Positions 20,729 to 29,825 are shown, counted from the first letter of the stretch. The stretch is DNA of 64,000 nucleotides from Phormidesmis sp. (GCA_965248535.1 CBDFJR010000002.1:1408001-1472000); one strand, 5' to 3'. The notes: generated from the letters alone by a model not told the origin. Numbers and translations: made by a program.

Positions 20729-21666
20729 CTATCGTTCCTCCAAGATTTGGTTGCCGTCGATCAAGAAGCGCCACTGGTTATCGGTAATCAGATTCCTCAC
20801 TAAATCGGCCCAGCCGGCCGCGAGCAGCGCTTGCAGTCGCTCTAAAACAAAGGTGCGATCGCCGAACTCGATCGCTCTTTGGCAACTTTCGCGAATTTCA
20901 AATAAATCGGGTGCCGCCGCCGCCACCGGAACCTGACCCGTCTCAACCTGACGATTTTGGCTGATCAGAAAGTCTTGCTGATTGGCTTCTAACGGTGCCT
21001 GCTTTTTGACCCACTGCTCTAAGAAGGTGGGCCGGACTGGGAGCTGCTCAGATTTCCAGATCAACCAGTCTCGATAGGCGGGTTCGATCTCCTGTTTTGC
21101 GTCAGCATTTTTGTCTCTCTCTCGATCATCTCTGTAGAGAGAGAGAAAGATTGTAAAGACTGTAGAGATAGAGGCGATCCAGACCCGTTATGGGATGCGG
21201 GTTCTGGCGGTTTTTTGTCGCAAATTTGCGAATTTTTGTCGCATAAGTGCGAATCTGAGTCGCAAAACTGCGAATCTGAGTCGCAAATTTGCGAATTTTT
21301 GTCGCACTTATGCGAATCTGAGTCGCAAATTTGCGACAATTCCTCCAAAAAAACATATTCTGGAACTCCCTCTGAGTTTGACATAGGAACGTTTAGTTCC
21401 ATTTCGTCGGGGGCGCTAATTTCGAGGCGATGCTGCTCAGAAAGTTTTCCGATCGCTCGGTAATAACTGGCTTTGTTGATGCCCAGTTGATCGCAAACCC
21501 AACTGATGCTGAGGCGCACCACTTTGCCAAGTTTGCGGGCACTGGCTACCAGGTAGAAAATTGCGCCCCTGGTCGTGAGCAACCCGGCTTTATAGTCTCG
21601 AATGACATCTTTAACGGTCAGTCTATGGTGGGGTTGGGTTTTGGGTGTTTTTACGCTAGGATTCAT
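20729..21666 (-). CDS. Putative replication initiator (N-terminal HTH, internal iterons), split by a frameshift in the (AG)n tract near 21115-21124
   Basis: HTH-like VCDQLGINKASYYRAIGKL; removing one AG joins 21061..21666 to 20729..21064 via RDKNADAKQEIEPAYRDWLIWKSEQLP. Confidence 0.65.
21218..21336. repeat. Six palindromic TCGCA-N4-TGCGA boxes at exact 21-bp spacing (putative iteron origin)
   Basis: Boxes start at 21218, 21239, 21260, 21281, 21302, 21323. Confidence 0.85.
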
Positions 21667-21759
21667 GGGGATGTCAAGGTTTTATGGACAAGAGAAAGAA
21701 AAGGCAACCTTTAGCCTTAAAAAGGGGCAGTCCGTAACTAGCGGTCTGCCCTTTGGCTT

Positions 21760-21972
21760 TTAAATGTGATTGACGATCGTTCTAATCAGGGCTTTCTTTT
21801 GCTCAGGTGACATGGTTGCGATCTGAGGTTCTAGCGGCGCTGGCAGATGATCGACGTGAAAGCCCAGGGGCTTGTGGGCAGAGGGATAGCTGATCTGCTC
21901 AGTCAGGGCGTGAATGAGTTGGACTTTTTGGTCTGAGGTGAGCAGCAGAAGTTGCGCCGTGAGTTGGGTCAT
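21760..21972 (-). CDS. Hypothetical protein
   Basis: 70-aa ORF with internal repeat (LTSDQKVQLI / MSPEQKKALI). Confidence 0.6.
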   Translation of the reverse strand: MTQLTAQLLLLTSDQKVQLIHALTEQISYPSAHKPLGFHVDHLPAPLEPQIATMSPEQKKALIRTIVNHI

Positions 21973-22015
21973 GGGTTAACCTTTGCTTAGATGAATTTGA
22001 TCAATGAACAGGCGA

Positions 22016-22049
22016 TCGCACTCCCCAGACGGCAGCGCGATCGCTTTTT
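22016..22049. repeat. 34-bp direct repeat, left of TA cassette
   Basis: tcgcactccccagacggcagcgcgatcgcttttt identical at 22784-22817. Confidence 0.92.
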
Positions 22050-22084
22050 GTTGGGATAATGGATTGAGTAAAAGAGGTTGAGTG

Positions 22085-22249
22085 ATGTTCAACATTGAGC
22101 TTGAGCAGGAAGATGACCAACGGTGGATCGGTGAGGTTACAGACTTACCGGGTGTGCTGGCTTATGGGCAGACGAAGGAAGAGGCGATCGCCAATGCAAA
22201 AGCGTTAGCGCTGCGGGTGCTGGCTGACCGCATTGAGCATGGTGAGTGA
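22085..22249 (+). CDS. hicB: Short HicB-family antitoxin (54 aa, not in ORF track)
   Basis: Translated by hand: MFNIELEQEDDQRWIGEVTDLPGVLAYGQTKEEAIANAKALALRVLADRIEHGE. Confidence 0.8.
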   Translation: MFNIELEQEDDQRWIGEVTDLPGVLAYGQTKEEAIANAKALALRVLADRIEHGE

Positions 22250-22251
22250 CG

Positions 22252-22485
22252 ATGCCTAAGAAGGTTAGGGAGTTGAAAAAACTCGTGAAGAAAGCGGGGT
22301 ATGTCTACCAGCCGGATCGAGGGAAGGGTAGTCATAGTTTTTGGAAACATCCCCTGTTGCCGGGTGAGGCGTTGTGTATCCCTGGTAAGGATGGAGATGA
22401 CGCACCGAGATATCTTGAGAAAGAGGTTGATCGGGTGCTGATGAAGCTGAAGGAGTTAGAGAGCCAACAGGAGGATGAGGTATGA
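22252..22485 (+). CDS. hicA: HicA-family mRNA interferase toxin
   Basis: MPKKVRELK..AGY...RGKGSH..WKHP. Confidence 0.88.
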   Translation: MPKKVRELKKLVKKAGYVYQPDRGKGSHSFWKHPLLPGEALCIPGKDGDDAPRYLEKEVDRVLMKLKELESQQEDEV

Positions 22486-22712
22486 AATCGCGCTACAGCA
22501 TGGTCATCCAGTGGTCGGATGAGGATGATCTCTACCTGGTTCATTTGCCTGAGTTTCCGTGGCAGCAGTTTGTAACGCACGGTAAGACCTATGAAGAGGC
22601 GGCTAAAAACGGGCGTGAGGTGTTGGAAACGTTTATCGAGATGTTTCAGGAGGAAGGAAAGCCTCTGCCTGAGCCGATCGCTTACCCTGAAAAACCTCTG
22701 AAAGTTGCTTAG
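22482..22712 (+). CDS. hicB: HicB-family antitoxin
   Basis: YSMVIQWSDED..YLVHLPEF...THGKTYEEA; overlaps hicA stop (ATGA). Confidence 0.9.
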   Translation: MKSRYSMVIQWSDEDDLYLVHLPEFPWQQFVTHGKTYEEAAKNGREVLETFIEMFQEEGKPLPEPIAYPEKPLKVA

Positions 22713-22783
22713 TGGCATAGAAATCTCCGATCGGTAAAAAACAAAAGTCATTTCGGCGCACACGTCCCGTGCAGCGAGGCTGT

Positions 22784-22817
22784 TCGCACTCCCCAGACGG
22801 CAGCGCGATCGCTTTTT
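22784..22817. repeat. 34-bp direct repeat, right of TA cassette
   Basis: Identical to 22016-22049. Confidence 0.92.
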
Positions 22818-22821
22818 TGTG

Positions 22822-23007
22822 TCAGTAGGGCATTTGGTCTTCTTCTTCTGACTCTTCAACGCAGAGGTCAAAGATTTGCTGTAGCTCGTCTAGCAGGGCT
22901 TCTTGTCGATCGGGCGGGAGTTGCTCAAAGAGAGTGACGATTCTGTCTTTGAGTTCGTCGTGGTCTTGATGGTCTGCTTCTAAAACGGTCATTTCGTCTT
23001 GGGTCAT
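22822..23007 (-). CDS. Small acidic hypothetical protein
   Basis: 61-aa ORF with GGAGG upstream on the minus strand. Confidence 0.6.
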   Translation of the reverse strand: MTQDEMTVLEADHQDHDELKDRIVTLFEQLPPDRQEALLDELQQIFDLCVEESEEEDQMPY

Positions 23008-23151
23008 CGATAAGCCTCCGGGTGGGAGAGGGAATCACGGTAAGGGGTCTGAGGGGTTGGGTTCCTCAGATGGGTGATTCCGGTGGATCATTGGTTTTAG
23101 CCACACGGGGAGGACGGCAAATCTGCCCCGTGTGGATGTTCAGTACAGAAC

Positions 23152-23190
23152 AGGCGATTCATCTAGGTGAATCATCTAGACGAATCGCCT
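23152..23190. promoter_or_regulatory. Inverted-repeat operator candidate at the divergence point of the element
   Basis: aggcgattc...gaatcgcct arms with nested gattcatctaggtgaatc, 13 bp upstream of the XRE gene. Confidence 0.55.
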
Positions 23191-23203
23191 ATTTCAAGAT
23201 ACT

Positions 23204-23473
23204 ATGGATTCAGAAAAAAACAACCCGTGGGAGGAAGGCGTGTCCCCTTTAAAAACAATCCGCCAGTTGCTCAAACTGACTCAAAGGCAGTTTGCAGAAA
23301 GGATTGGCTCAGACCAAAACGTTGTGAGCCGATGGGAAAGGGGTGTCTATGAGGCGACTTTTACCATCGCGCAAGTCAAGGCTATGGATGAGTTGCTAAA
23401 AGAGGCATCCCTTACCTGGCAAGACATTCCTAACAGTCTTGCTCCCTACTCAAACGAAAGCGCTGAGGCGTGA
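23204..23473 (+). CDS. XRE/Cro-family HTH regulator
   Basis: LKTIRQLLKLTQRQFAERIGSDQNVVSRWERG. Confidence 0.9.
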   Translation: MDSEKNNPWEEGVSPLKTIRQLLKLTQRQFAERIGSDQNVVSRWERGVYEATFTIAQVKAMDELLKEASLTWQDIPNSLAPYSNESAEA

Positions 23474-23602
23474 CCACAATCACACTTCAGCGCTCACTTA
23501 AGAAAGGAGGTCATTAACCCCACACTATTTAGATCAAATTCTTAGCCGGGGCACAGCTTCCAACTTCACCCCGGCTCTACCCCAAACAGAGGCACTTACA
23601 TT

Positions 23603-24016
23603 ATGAATCTTTCATCACACAGACGATCGCTCGGTGCGATCGTCGCTGCAACGATCACGATTGCGGCACCCGCAGCGATCGCCATGACCTACGACGATTT
23701 CGGAGACCTTTTCAAGAATGCCGTCAACGGGTTAGCGGGCGATCGACCGCCTGAGACTCGGTACCCAGATGTCCCCAACAACGCTCCCCTGACTCACGGC
23801 GCTAAACCCTACAGCAGTTTTGGCTCACTCACCGCCGGGCAAGTCGATGCGCTGCATAACCTAGCCTGGCCACAATCCACTAAAGCGATGCGTTCCCGGT
23901 TCGGCGCTCCCTCCTATATCAGTGCCGACCTGGATTGGTTTGAGCAACCCGACGGGGAGTTTATCGCTGTCCGTTACCAGGGTGCTCAAGCTGTCGGTGT
24001 GGAGGCGGGAAAGTAG
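23603..24016 (+). CDS. Hypothetical secreted protein
   Basis: Signal-peptide-like N-terminus RRSLGAIVAATITIAAPAAIA. Confidence 0.65.
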   Translation: MNLSSHRRSLGAIVAATITIAAPAAIAMTYDDFGDLFKNAVNGLAGDRPPETRYPDVPNNAPLTHGAKPYSSFGSLTAGQVDALHNLAWPQSTKAMRSRFGAPSYISADLDWFEQPDGEFIAVRYQGAQAVGVEAGK

Positions 24017-24018
24017 TC

Positions 24019-24276
24019 ATGCCTAGAGAAACATGGATTATGGAATCTGATGACAAAGACGGAGACTTTAGCGACACTGCATCTCACCACACTTACCAGG
24101 TGGGCAACATCACAGATGCGGTTGAAGCTGAATCACGGGCGCTTGAAACAGGTGGTGATCCGGTTTGGATGGATGCCAAGATCGATGGCTCTGAGTATGA
24201 AATCGAGCAGAATCAGAAATTCACGATCGCTGAGTTTGAGCTTGATTCTCAAGGTGTTCAGTATCAACAGAAGTGA
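24019..24276 (+). CDS. Acidic hypothetical protein
   Basis: Starts 2 bp after previous stop. Confidence 0.6.
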   Translation: MPRETWIMESDDKDGDFSDTASHHTYQVGNITDAVEAESRALETGGDPVWMDAKIDGSEYEIEQNQKFTIAEFELDSQGVQYQQK

Positions 24277-24285
24277 GGTTAAACA

Positions 24286-24588
24286 ATGCCAGGTTTTTTT
24301 GAGCGAGTATTTTTTGGCAATCAAGCCGATGATGATGAAAGCTTTACTGACACCAATTCAGGGATTCAGTACACGAATCACAGCAAGCAGGAAACGCTTG
24401 ATCATGCGGCGCGATTTGATGAGTACGAGGCCGGCTCTGATGTCCGGTCTAACGATGGAAGGCAGGCTTCAGAGGTGCGTGATTCGACAAGGTTTAACAC
24501 TGCTATCTTTGAAGTGGATGACCAGAAGTTTTACTTCCCAACTGAACTCGATCCAGGCAACCCTAGAAATCCAGCAAACAAGCCATGA
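24286..24588 (+). CDS. Acidic hypothetical protein
   Basis: GAGG RBS; tight operon spacing. Confidence 0.6.
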   Translation: MPGFFERVFFGNQADDDESFTDTNSGIQYTNHSKQETLDHAARFDEYEAGSDVRSNDGRQASEVRDSTRFNTAIFEVDDQKFYFPTELDPGNPRNPANKP

Positions 24589-24737
24589 ACAGCCTAACCC
24601 GACTAACAGAAGTCATGCAGACTGAGACGACCCTTACCGCGATCGCAAAGAAAGCAAGGGTTCCGGTTTCGATGGTGCAGTTTCATCTCAAAAAGACGCT
24701 CCCATCTGGTAAGCGACTGATTGTAGTGAACGAATAG
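24585..24737 (+). CDS. Small HTH protein (50 aa, not in ORF track)
   Basis: ATGA overlap; MNSLTRLTEVMQTETTLTAIAKKARVPVSMVQFHLKK... resembles a helix-turn-helix. Confidence 0.55.
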   Translation: MNSLTRLTEVMQTETTLTAIAKKARVPVSMVQFHLKKTLPSGKRLIVVNE

Positions 24738-24742
24738 ACAGC

Positions 24743-24809
24743 GATTGTCCTTTTCTCACAACTTGGGAACGCACAAAAAGCCCCTCTTAGACCGATCTGA
24801 GAGGGGCTT
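24743..24809. repeat. Hairpin-containing intergenic repeat, copy 1 of 3
   Basis: gattgtccttttctcacaacttgggaac...aagcccctcttag-accgat-ctgagaggggctt. Confidence 0.85.
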
Positions 24810-24841
24810 ATGATTAAAAATATCGCTGTTTCTAGACCATT

Positions 24842-25261
24842 ATGACCGACACACCCGATCAACCGACTAACTTGAGCGATCGTATTGAATCCTTATTAGG
24901 TCAATCGCAAGAGTCATTCAACGCACGAATGGATCGAATTGCCGAAAACCTTGAAACAAGTTTTGAGATACAGCAACGTCAGCACGAAAACACCCTATCA
25001 GAACTGCGAGAACTCAAATCAGTTGCTCAAGAGCAATCTCGCACCGCACATCAGCAACAAGAAACCGTCCGTCAATTTGTGGGCATCGTCGGTGAACTGA
25101 CCCGCACCATTGCAGAAATGTCACGCACCGTTAGCGACTCAGTAGAGTCATCCAGGAACGCCGCACAAGCAGCAGAAACCGCCTCTGTTTTAGCTCAAAC
25201 CAATCAGAACGCCATCAGAGACTTAATTGAAGAGATGCGAGAACGGAGAAATGGAGGGTAG
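24842..25261 (+). CDS. Coiled-coil hypothetical protein (cassette 1)
   Basis: 139 aa, Q/E/A/S-rich helical sequence, bounded by repeat copies 1 and 2. Confidence 0.7.
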   Translation: MTDTPDQPTNLSDRIESLLGQSQESFNARMDRIAENLETSFEIQQRQHENTLSELRELKSVAQEQSRTAHQQQETVRQFVGIVGELTRTIAEMSRTVSDSVESSRNAAQAAETASVLAQTNQNAIRDLIEEMRERRNGG

Positions 25262-25328
25262 ATCGTCCTTTCTTCACAACTTGGGAACCTTAAAAAAGCC
25301 CCTATCAGATCTTTCTGGTAGGGGCTTT
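25261..25328. repeat. Hairpin-containing intergenic repeat, copy 2 of 3
   Basis: gatcgtcctttcttcacaacttgggaac...aagcccctatcag...ctggtaggggcttt. Confidence 0.85.
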
Positions 25329-25349
25329 AACACGCTTAAGGAGACAATC

Positions 25350-25562
25350 ATGATCGACGAAATCAAAATTGATAACTCAGTCATCCCTTTCATGCCTGCT
25401 AAATATCACTTGGGGCAGAAAGTCACGGTTGATCGCACCGTTGGCTACATCATCGGCATCCAGCGCGAAAAGTATTCATGGAGCTACCTGGTAGTCGAGG
25501 GTGAACCACCTACCAGCGATAGTGATGAAAACTGGCAATCAGAAAGCGAACTTGCAGCGTAG
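25350..25562 (+). CDS. Small beta-rich (SH3-like) hypothetical protein (cassette 2)
   Basis: AAGGAG RBS before ATG 25350; PAKYHLGQKV...GYIIGI...WSYLV. Confidence 0.65.
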   Translation: MIDEIKIDNSVIPFMPAKYHLGQKVTVDRTVGYIIGIQREKYSWSYLVVEGEPPTSDSDENWQSESELAA

Positions 25563-25614
25563 ATCGCTTCATTCTCACAAAAGCCCCTCTTAGATCGGTC
25601 TAAGAGGGGCTTTT
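25562..25614. repeat. Hairpin-containing intergenic repeat, copy 3 of 3 (shortened)
   Basis: gatcgcttcattctcacaaaagcccctcttag-atcggt-ctaagaggggctttt. Confidence 0.85.
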
Positions 25615-25697
25615 GTCTGGCAAGTTATCGCCATTAACCCGGTATAAACCGTTACTAGTGGGAATGTTTAGAGATGAACAGTCAGCCCTGAATCACT

Positions 25698-25994
25698 ATG
25701 TCAGCTTTACCCACTAGACCCAGCGCGATCGCCACCACCGAACAGGAAATCATGCGCCTGATGATGTATTACCGCGATGTCAACCCGCGCACGACTTGGC
25801 TAGAAGAATCTAACTTCACCATGCCCGTGGCCTCATGGGATTGGAAACCCAACCCAGAAGGACGGATTCTCTTTGTGGCCCGCGCCATTATCGAAGTCGA
25901 TTCAGCCCTTCTCAGCAGTGGGGTCAAACCGTGGATGAGTGCTAAAGAGGTTCCCGGCTCCGCTACGTTGACGGGCAACGCCTACACCACCTGA
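25698..25994 (+). CDS. Hypothetical protein, first gene of putative structural module
   Basis: 98-aa ORF, 4 bp from the next gene. Confidence 0.65.
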   Translation: MSALPTRPSAIATTEQEIMRLMMYYRDVNPRTTWLEESNFTMPVASWDWKPNPEGRILFVARAIIEVDSALLSSGVKPWMSAKEVPGSATLTGNAYTT

Positions 25995-25998
25995 TGCA

Positions 25999-26697
25999 AT
26001 GAACTGGACACAGTTAGGCAAAAGCATCACGATCGCCTCACAGCGCAAGTGGACTGATACGACGGCTAAGACTTGGTTTAAGTTTGATTTCAACCCGGCA
26101 ACCGAGGGATTTTTAGAAGTCACTCAAGGGGATGGAAATCTGACGATCGGGGAACCGATCAACATTTCAACGGATAGAAGCCCGGTGATTTTATCCCTAC
26201 CAGTGCCGCTATTAGTCAGTCCACAAAGCAGAAAACTCGCGCTTAAATCGCTCCAAAAACTCAAGATTAGCATCTCTACTTTAGATGTTGAACCTATCAC
26301 AATCAACCCAGATTTAAGCGCAGTTGTTCAGGCAATTCAAACTCAACAATCGCAGATCGACCTCATCTCAAACCAACTCACAACCTTACTCACCATGCCA
26401 TTATTTCAATCCAATCCCACCGTTCAGCCGCCCAAGAATTCCGTCTCTGCAACGATCGCTAGCTCAACCACAAGCGTATCGCTGTTAGCAGCAAACGATA
26501 ATCGCAAAGGTGCCACTATCTATAATCGCAGCACTGCCACACTGTTTATCGACTTTGACAGCGCTGCAACAATTCTAGATTGTGCTGTGGCTATTCCTCC
26601 AATGGGTTACTACGAAGTGCCGTTTGGAATGCTCACCGCAATCTCAGGTATCTGGGATGCAGTCAACGGTAGCGCATATGTTAGAGAGCTAACCTAA
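25999..26697 (+). CDS. Putative virion protein with C-terminal beta domain (paralogue of 31025..31705)
   Basis: STTSVSLLAANDNRKGATIYNRS...ISGIWD C-terminal domain; TAATG overlap with next gene. Confidence 0.6.
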   Translation: MNWTQLGKSITIASQRKWTDTTAKTWFKFDFNPATEGFLEVTQGDGNLTIGEPINISTDRSPVILSLPVPLLVSPQSRKLALKSLQKLKISISTLDVEPITINPDLSAVVQAIQTQQSQIDLISNQLTTLLTMPLFQSNPTVQPPKNSVSATIASSTTSVSLLAANDNRKGATIYNRSTATLFIDFDSAATILDCAVAIPPMGYYEVPFGMLTAISGIWDAVNGSAYVRELT

Positions 26698-27308
26698 TGC
26701 CGTTGTATGCCTACGATAAACATGACACTTACACTCAGGCTATCAACTGGGAGACACCCGGTGAGATAGGAAAAACAACACCTAACACGGGAAAGTTTAC
26801 ACGGGTTAGTGTTGCCAATACTAACAATGAGATTAGTAGATTTAGTTCGTCTGCTCAATACTATGCACGGCTAGCAGTTGAACACTCTGGGAGTCCGGGT
26901 ATAGCGCTCTATCATGATTCAACTTGGGCATGGTCTATCTTCTCAGATAGCGTCCTATTGAGCAATGGACAGACTAATGGATATAGCTACGCCATTGTTA
27001 ACGAGCGAACCTCTAAAATGGTGTTTGCTATTGATGGCAATGTGCAAAAGGTCAATGTGTTTGGAGGGCTGAGAGTTAGCAAGGAAACACCTAACCTCAC
27101 CTTCACTTCACCCCCCTCACCCGGCGAAGGCAACCTAGCCGTCGAGGGGTTTGTTCAGTTGGGCAGGTTCACCCTCTCTACTCTGCCTAATCCCGCTAGC
27201 TGTGAGGGTGCGATCGTCTATCTCTCTAACGAGTCTGGAGGCAAGACGATCGCCTTCTCTGATGGTGCGAACTGGAGACGAGTTAGAGACAACGTTGTTG
27301 TTACTTAA
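26697..27308 (+). CDS. Putative fibre/spike-like protein
   Basis: PGEIGKTTPNTGKFT and C-terminal LP......GAIVYLSNESGG...AFSDGANWRR motifs like those of phage fibre proteins. Confidence 0.6.
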   Translation: MPLYAYDKHDTYTQAINWETPGEIGKTTPNTGKFTRVSVANTNNEISRFSSSAQYYARLAVEHSGSPGIALYHDSTWAWSIFSDSVLLSNGQTNGYSYAIVNERTSKMVFAIDGNVQKVNVFGGLRVSKETPNLTFTSPPSPGEGNLAVEGFVQLGRFTLSTLPNPASCEGAIVYLSNESGGKTIAFSDGANWRRVRDNVVVT

Positions 27309-27329
27309 ACGATAAGGGAATCGCTACAG

Positions 27330-29825
27330 ATGGCTAATTATCGCTTTGGTGACGGATTTCATTACGAAAAACCCGCCTACGAACCTACACCCTCGCAAAT
27401 TAATGCAGCACAGGAAAGTGCTAGACGAAGCGCTGAAGCAAGAGCACGAGTTCAAGCAGCACAAGAACAGACTGCACGAGCAAGAGCGAAAGCTCTATCA
27501 GATCAAATAGAAGCCGAGCGACCGCAGAGAGAAGCACAGCAGAGACGGAATGCTGAACTTCGGCAACAAGCACAACAACGGTCTGATGAGTATCGAGCGG
27601 GATTAGAAAGTATCAAACAACGGCATAGAGAACAAGATGCTAAGTCAAAAGAAGTTTATGATGCCCTGAGAAAATACCAACGAGAAGAGTACGTTAATCG
27701 AACCGCTCCTAAACTCGATATTGCCCCTGGTAGACCACCCGGCGAAAATGATTTTGATAGCTCCGCAAAATTAAGAAATAGTACGCTACCAGCGCCCGCA
27801 CCACTTCCCATCAATCCCACAAAAAATGGGGAAATGGTACACGTTCCTAACGCTTCAAAATCACCATTAGCAAGAACTCAAGGCCCGATCGGGCCTCAAC
27901 TCCCAAAAGCATCATTACCCAGCGCAACTAAAAGCGGATTTAAATTTAGCGGTGTTGGCATGAGCGGCGGCGGCTTAGGTTTTGATATATCGGAAGCAGC
28001 GGCAACGTCCATCGCCCTCGATTTTCTGAATTCAAACGGTAGACCTAACTTTCCTGGTTACAATCCAGGCAATTCTGACATTGAAAGGTTAGGCAGAGGT
28101 ATCAGTGACGCTCTGAGGAATTTAGGCAACTCTCTAAGTCACCCTAGCGATAGATTATCTGACCTTCTAAACTTATTCCCCAACCCCTATAGAAAGCACC
28201 CTAGAACCGACCCCCAAAATGAGGACGGTAGACCTAAACCTGTTCGCTATGTCTCTGAGTGGAGAGGGTTAAAGTTCTACTCACCCAACAACAAGCGAGT
28301 AGTGCAGATCGCCGCACCCCACGGCGAATATTCGCTAGGGGAGATCAAGCAAGATAACCCCGGCGGGAACTACGTTTTCTCCAGTCCTGAAAAAAACACC
28401 TATGCCATCATCTACTGGGATAACCTGCAAGGGAATAACACCGATGGTTATCAGGTCATCAGGGGTAGCAGCACTTGCGAGCCTGACACCATCCAACGCG
28501 ATCCGACATATTCTCCTCCCTCCTACGACTTGCCCGCGCTGCTACCACCCGGCACCACCCCTGACCCCGGCTACCCTCCCATCTTCACAGACGAAGACTT
28601 CAAGCCCCAACGGGATTTGAATAACGATCGGGCCCGGCAAGACGAGCAAGACAGACAAGACGCACCCGATCCAGAACAAGAGCGGCAAGACGCACGCAGC
28701 CCACAGCCCGCCCCCGACCCGTGGGAAAATCCATTTCCAGCCCCAGACGGAACGCCGCAGCCACAGCCTTACCCCTTCCCGCTCGATCCACCCTCCCCAG
28801 ACCCCACTAACCCGACCGACCCCTACCCCGACACAACCCTAGGCGATCGCCTGAGAGAGAAAGTAGATCGCATCAAAGAAAAGCTCAACGAGAGATTCCC
28901 GGCTCCGACCGATGGGCCGCAGGTCACAATCAACGGTGATCCGGTGCCCAGTCCCACTTCTCCCGCTCCGCTACCAGACACCTCACTGTCTCCGTTGCCA
29001 GACACCCGCACTAAATCGCCTCCATCGCCTACAACGACCAAACCGCCCACAGAGACTCGGCTAGACACAGAGACCGGGCTGACTCCCACAAAAGACCCTG
29101 ACCCAAAACCCGACACCCCGACACCCGAAAAGTGTAAAGACCCCTGTATGCAAGGCTTGCACGATAAAACGGATGCTAACTCTAAGCAGACTGAAATTAA
29201 GGTCAAGGTGTTTAAATCGTGCTCTAAAGCGGGTGCTGACGGCACGACAAAAAATGAGATTGACTTTGAAGAGAAGCTGGTGAAGGTGCTAGCGAGTGAA
29301 GCGGATGCCTATAGGTTGCTCTACAGTCGGATTTTTGCCCTAGAGTCTGAGCAGTGTGGCGATGTGAAAGCGATCGCCTCCGTCCCTGAGTGGTGGCAAG
29401 CTCGGCGCGGGGCAGACATCCCTCAGCTTGTGATTATTTTTGCCGAGCAGTTTTCATCAGGCAAGCTAGGCGGCTCGCGATGGAATCTATCCATCCCTCA
29501 TTACAACAAGGGCAAGGGGTCTAGACCCGCGATTCCCTCTTATAACAAGGGCAACTGGTTCGGCACCCTACGGCTAACGGATGGGTCAAAGCTTGGGGTC
29601 AATGCCGCCACATCAACCGAATGTAAACGCATCTTAAATCGGTTGAAAATTCACATTCCGGTCGAGTTCCGCACCAAAAAAGGCAAGGCGATTAAACCGC
29701 GCATTGTGGAAGACCCCACGGCTGATCTCAAAGAATGCAAAGTGACACCCGTTAGAGCCGATTACTACTCTAAGGGTCAAGCCAACATGAGGCCTGACTG
29801 GTCAATTAATCTCCGCAGCAAATAG
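27330..29825 (+). CDS. Large 831-aa protein: N-terminal coiled coil, Pro-rich linker, basic C-terminal domain
   Basis: Long ORF with clear compositional domains; function unknown. Confidence 0.75.
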   Translation: MANYRFGDGFHYEKPAYEPTPSQINAAQESARRSAEARARVQAAQEQTARARAKALSDQIEAERPQREAQQRRNAELRQQAQQRSDEYRAGLESIKQRHREQDAKSKEVYDALRKYQREEYVNRTAPKLDIAPGRPPGENDFDSSAKLRNSTLPAPAPLPINPTKNGEMVHVPNASKSPLARTQGPIGPQLPKASLPSATKSGFKFSGVGMSGGGLGFDISEAAATSIALDFLNSNGRPNFPGYNPGNSDIERLGRGISDALRNLGNSLSHPSDRLSDLLNLFPNPYRKHPRTDPQNEDGRPKPVRYVSEWRGLKFYSPNNKRVVQIAAPHGEYSLGEIKQDNPGGNYVFSSPEKNTYAIIYWDNLQGNNTDGYQVIRGSSTCEPDTIQRDPTYSPPSYDLPALLPPGTTPDPGYPPIFTDEDFKPQRDLNNDRARQDEQDRQDAPDPEQERQDARSPQPAPDPWENPFPAPDGTPQPQPYPFPLDPPSPDPTNPTDPYPDTTLGDRLREKVDRIKEKLNERFPAPTDGPQVTINGDPVPSPTSPAPLPDTSLSPLPDTRTKSPPSPTTTKPPTETRLDTETGLTPTKDPDPKPDTPTPEKCKDPCMQGLHDKTDANSKQTEIKVKVFKSCSKAGADGTTKNEIDFEEKLVKVLASEADAYRLLYSRIFALESEQCGDVKAIASVPEWWQARRGADIPQLVIIFAEQFSSGKLGGSRWNLSIPHYNKGKGSRPAIPSYNKGNWFGTLRLTDGSKLGVNAATSTECKRILNRLKIHIPVEFRTKKGKAIKPRIVEDPTADLKECKVTPVRADYYSKGQANMRPDWSINLRSK

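Noticed and set aside
21218..21336. Possible mini-CRISPR in the element
   Set aside because: Only 7 bp separate the palindromes and these are themselves repeated; iteron-like and inside a CDS
24050..24625. 191-aa ORF overlapping the small early genes
   Set aside because: Alternative frame over 24019..24276 and 24286..24588, which have better RBS and operon spacing
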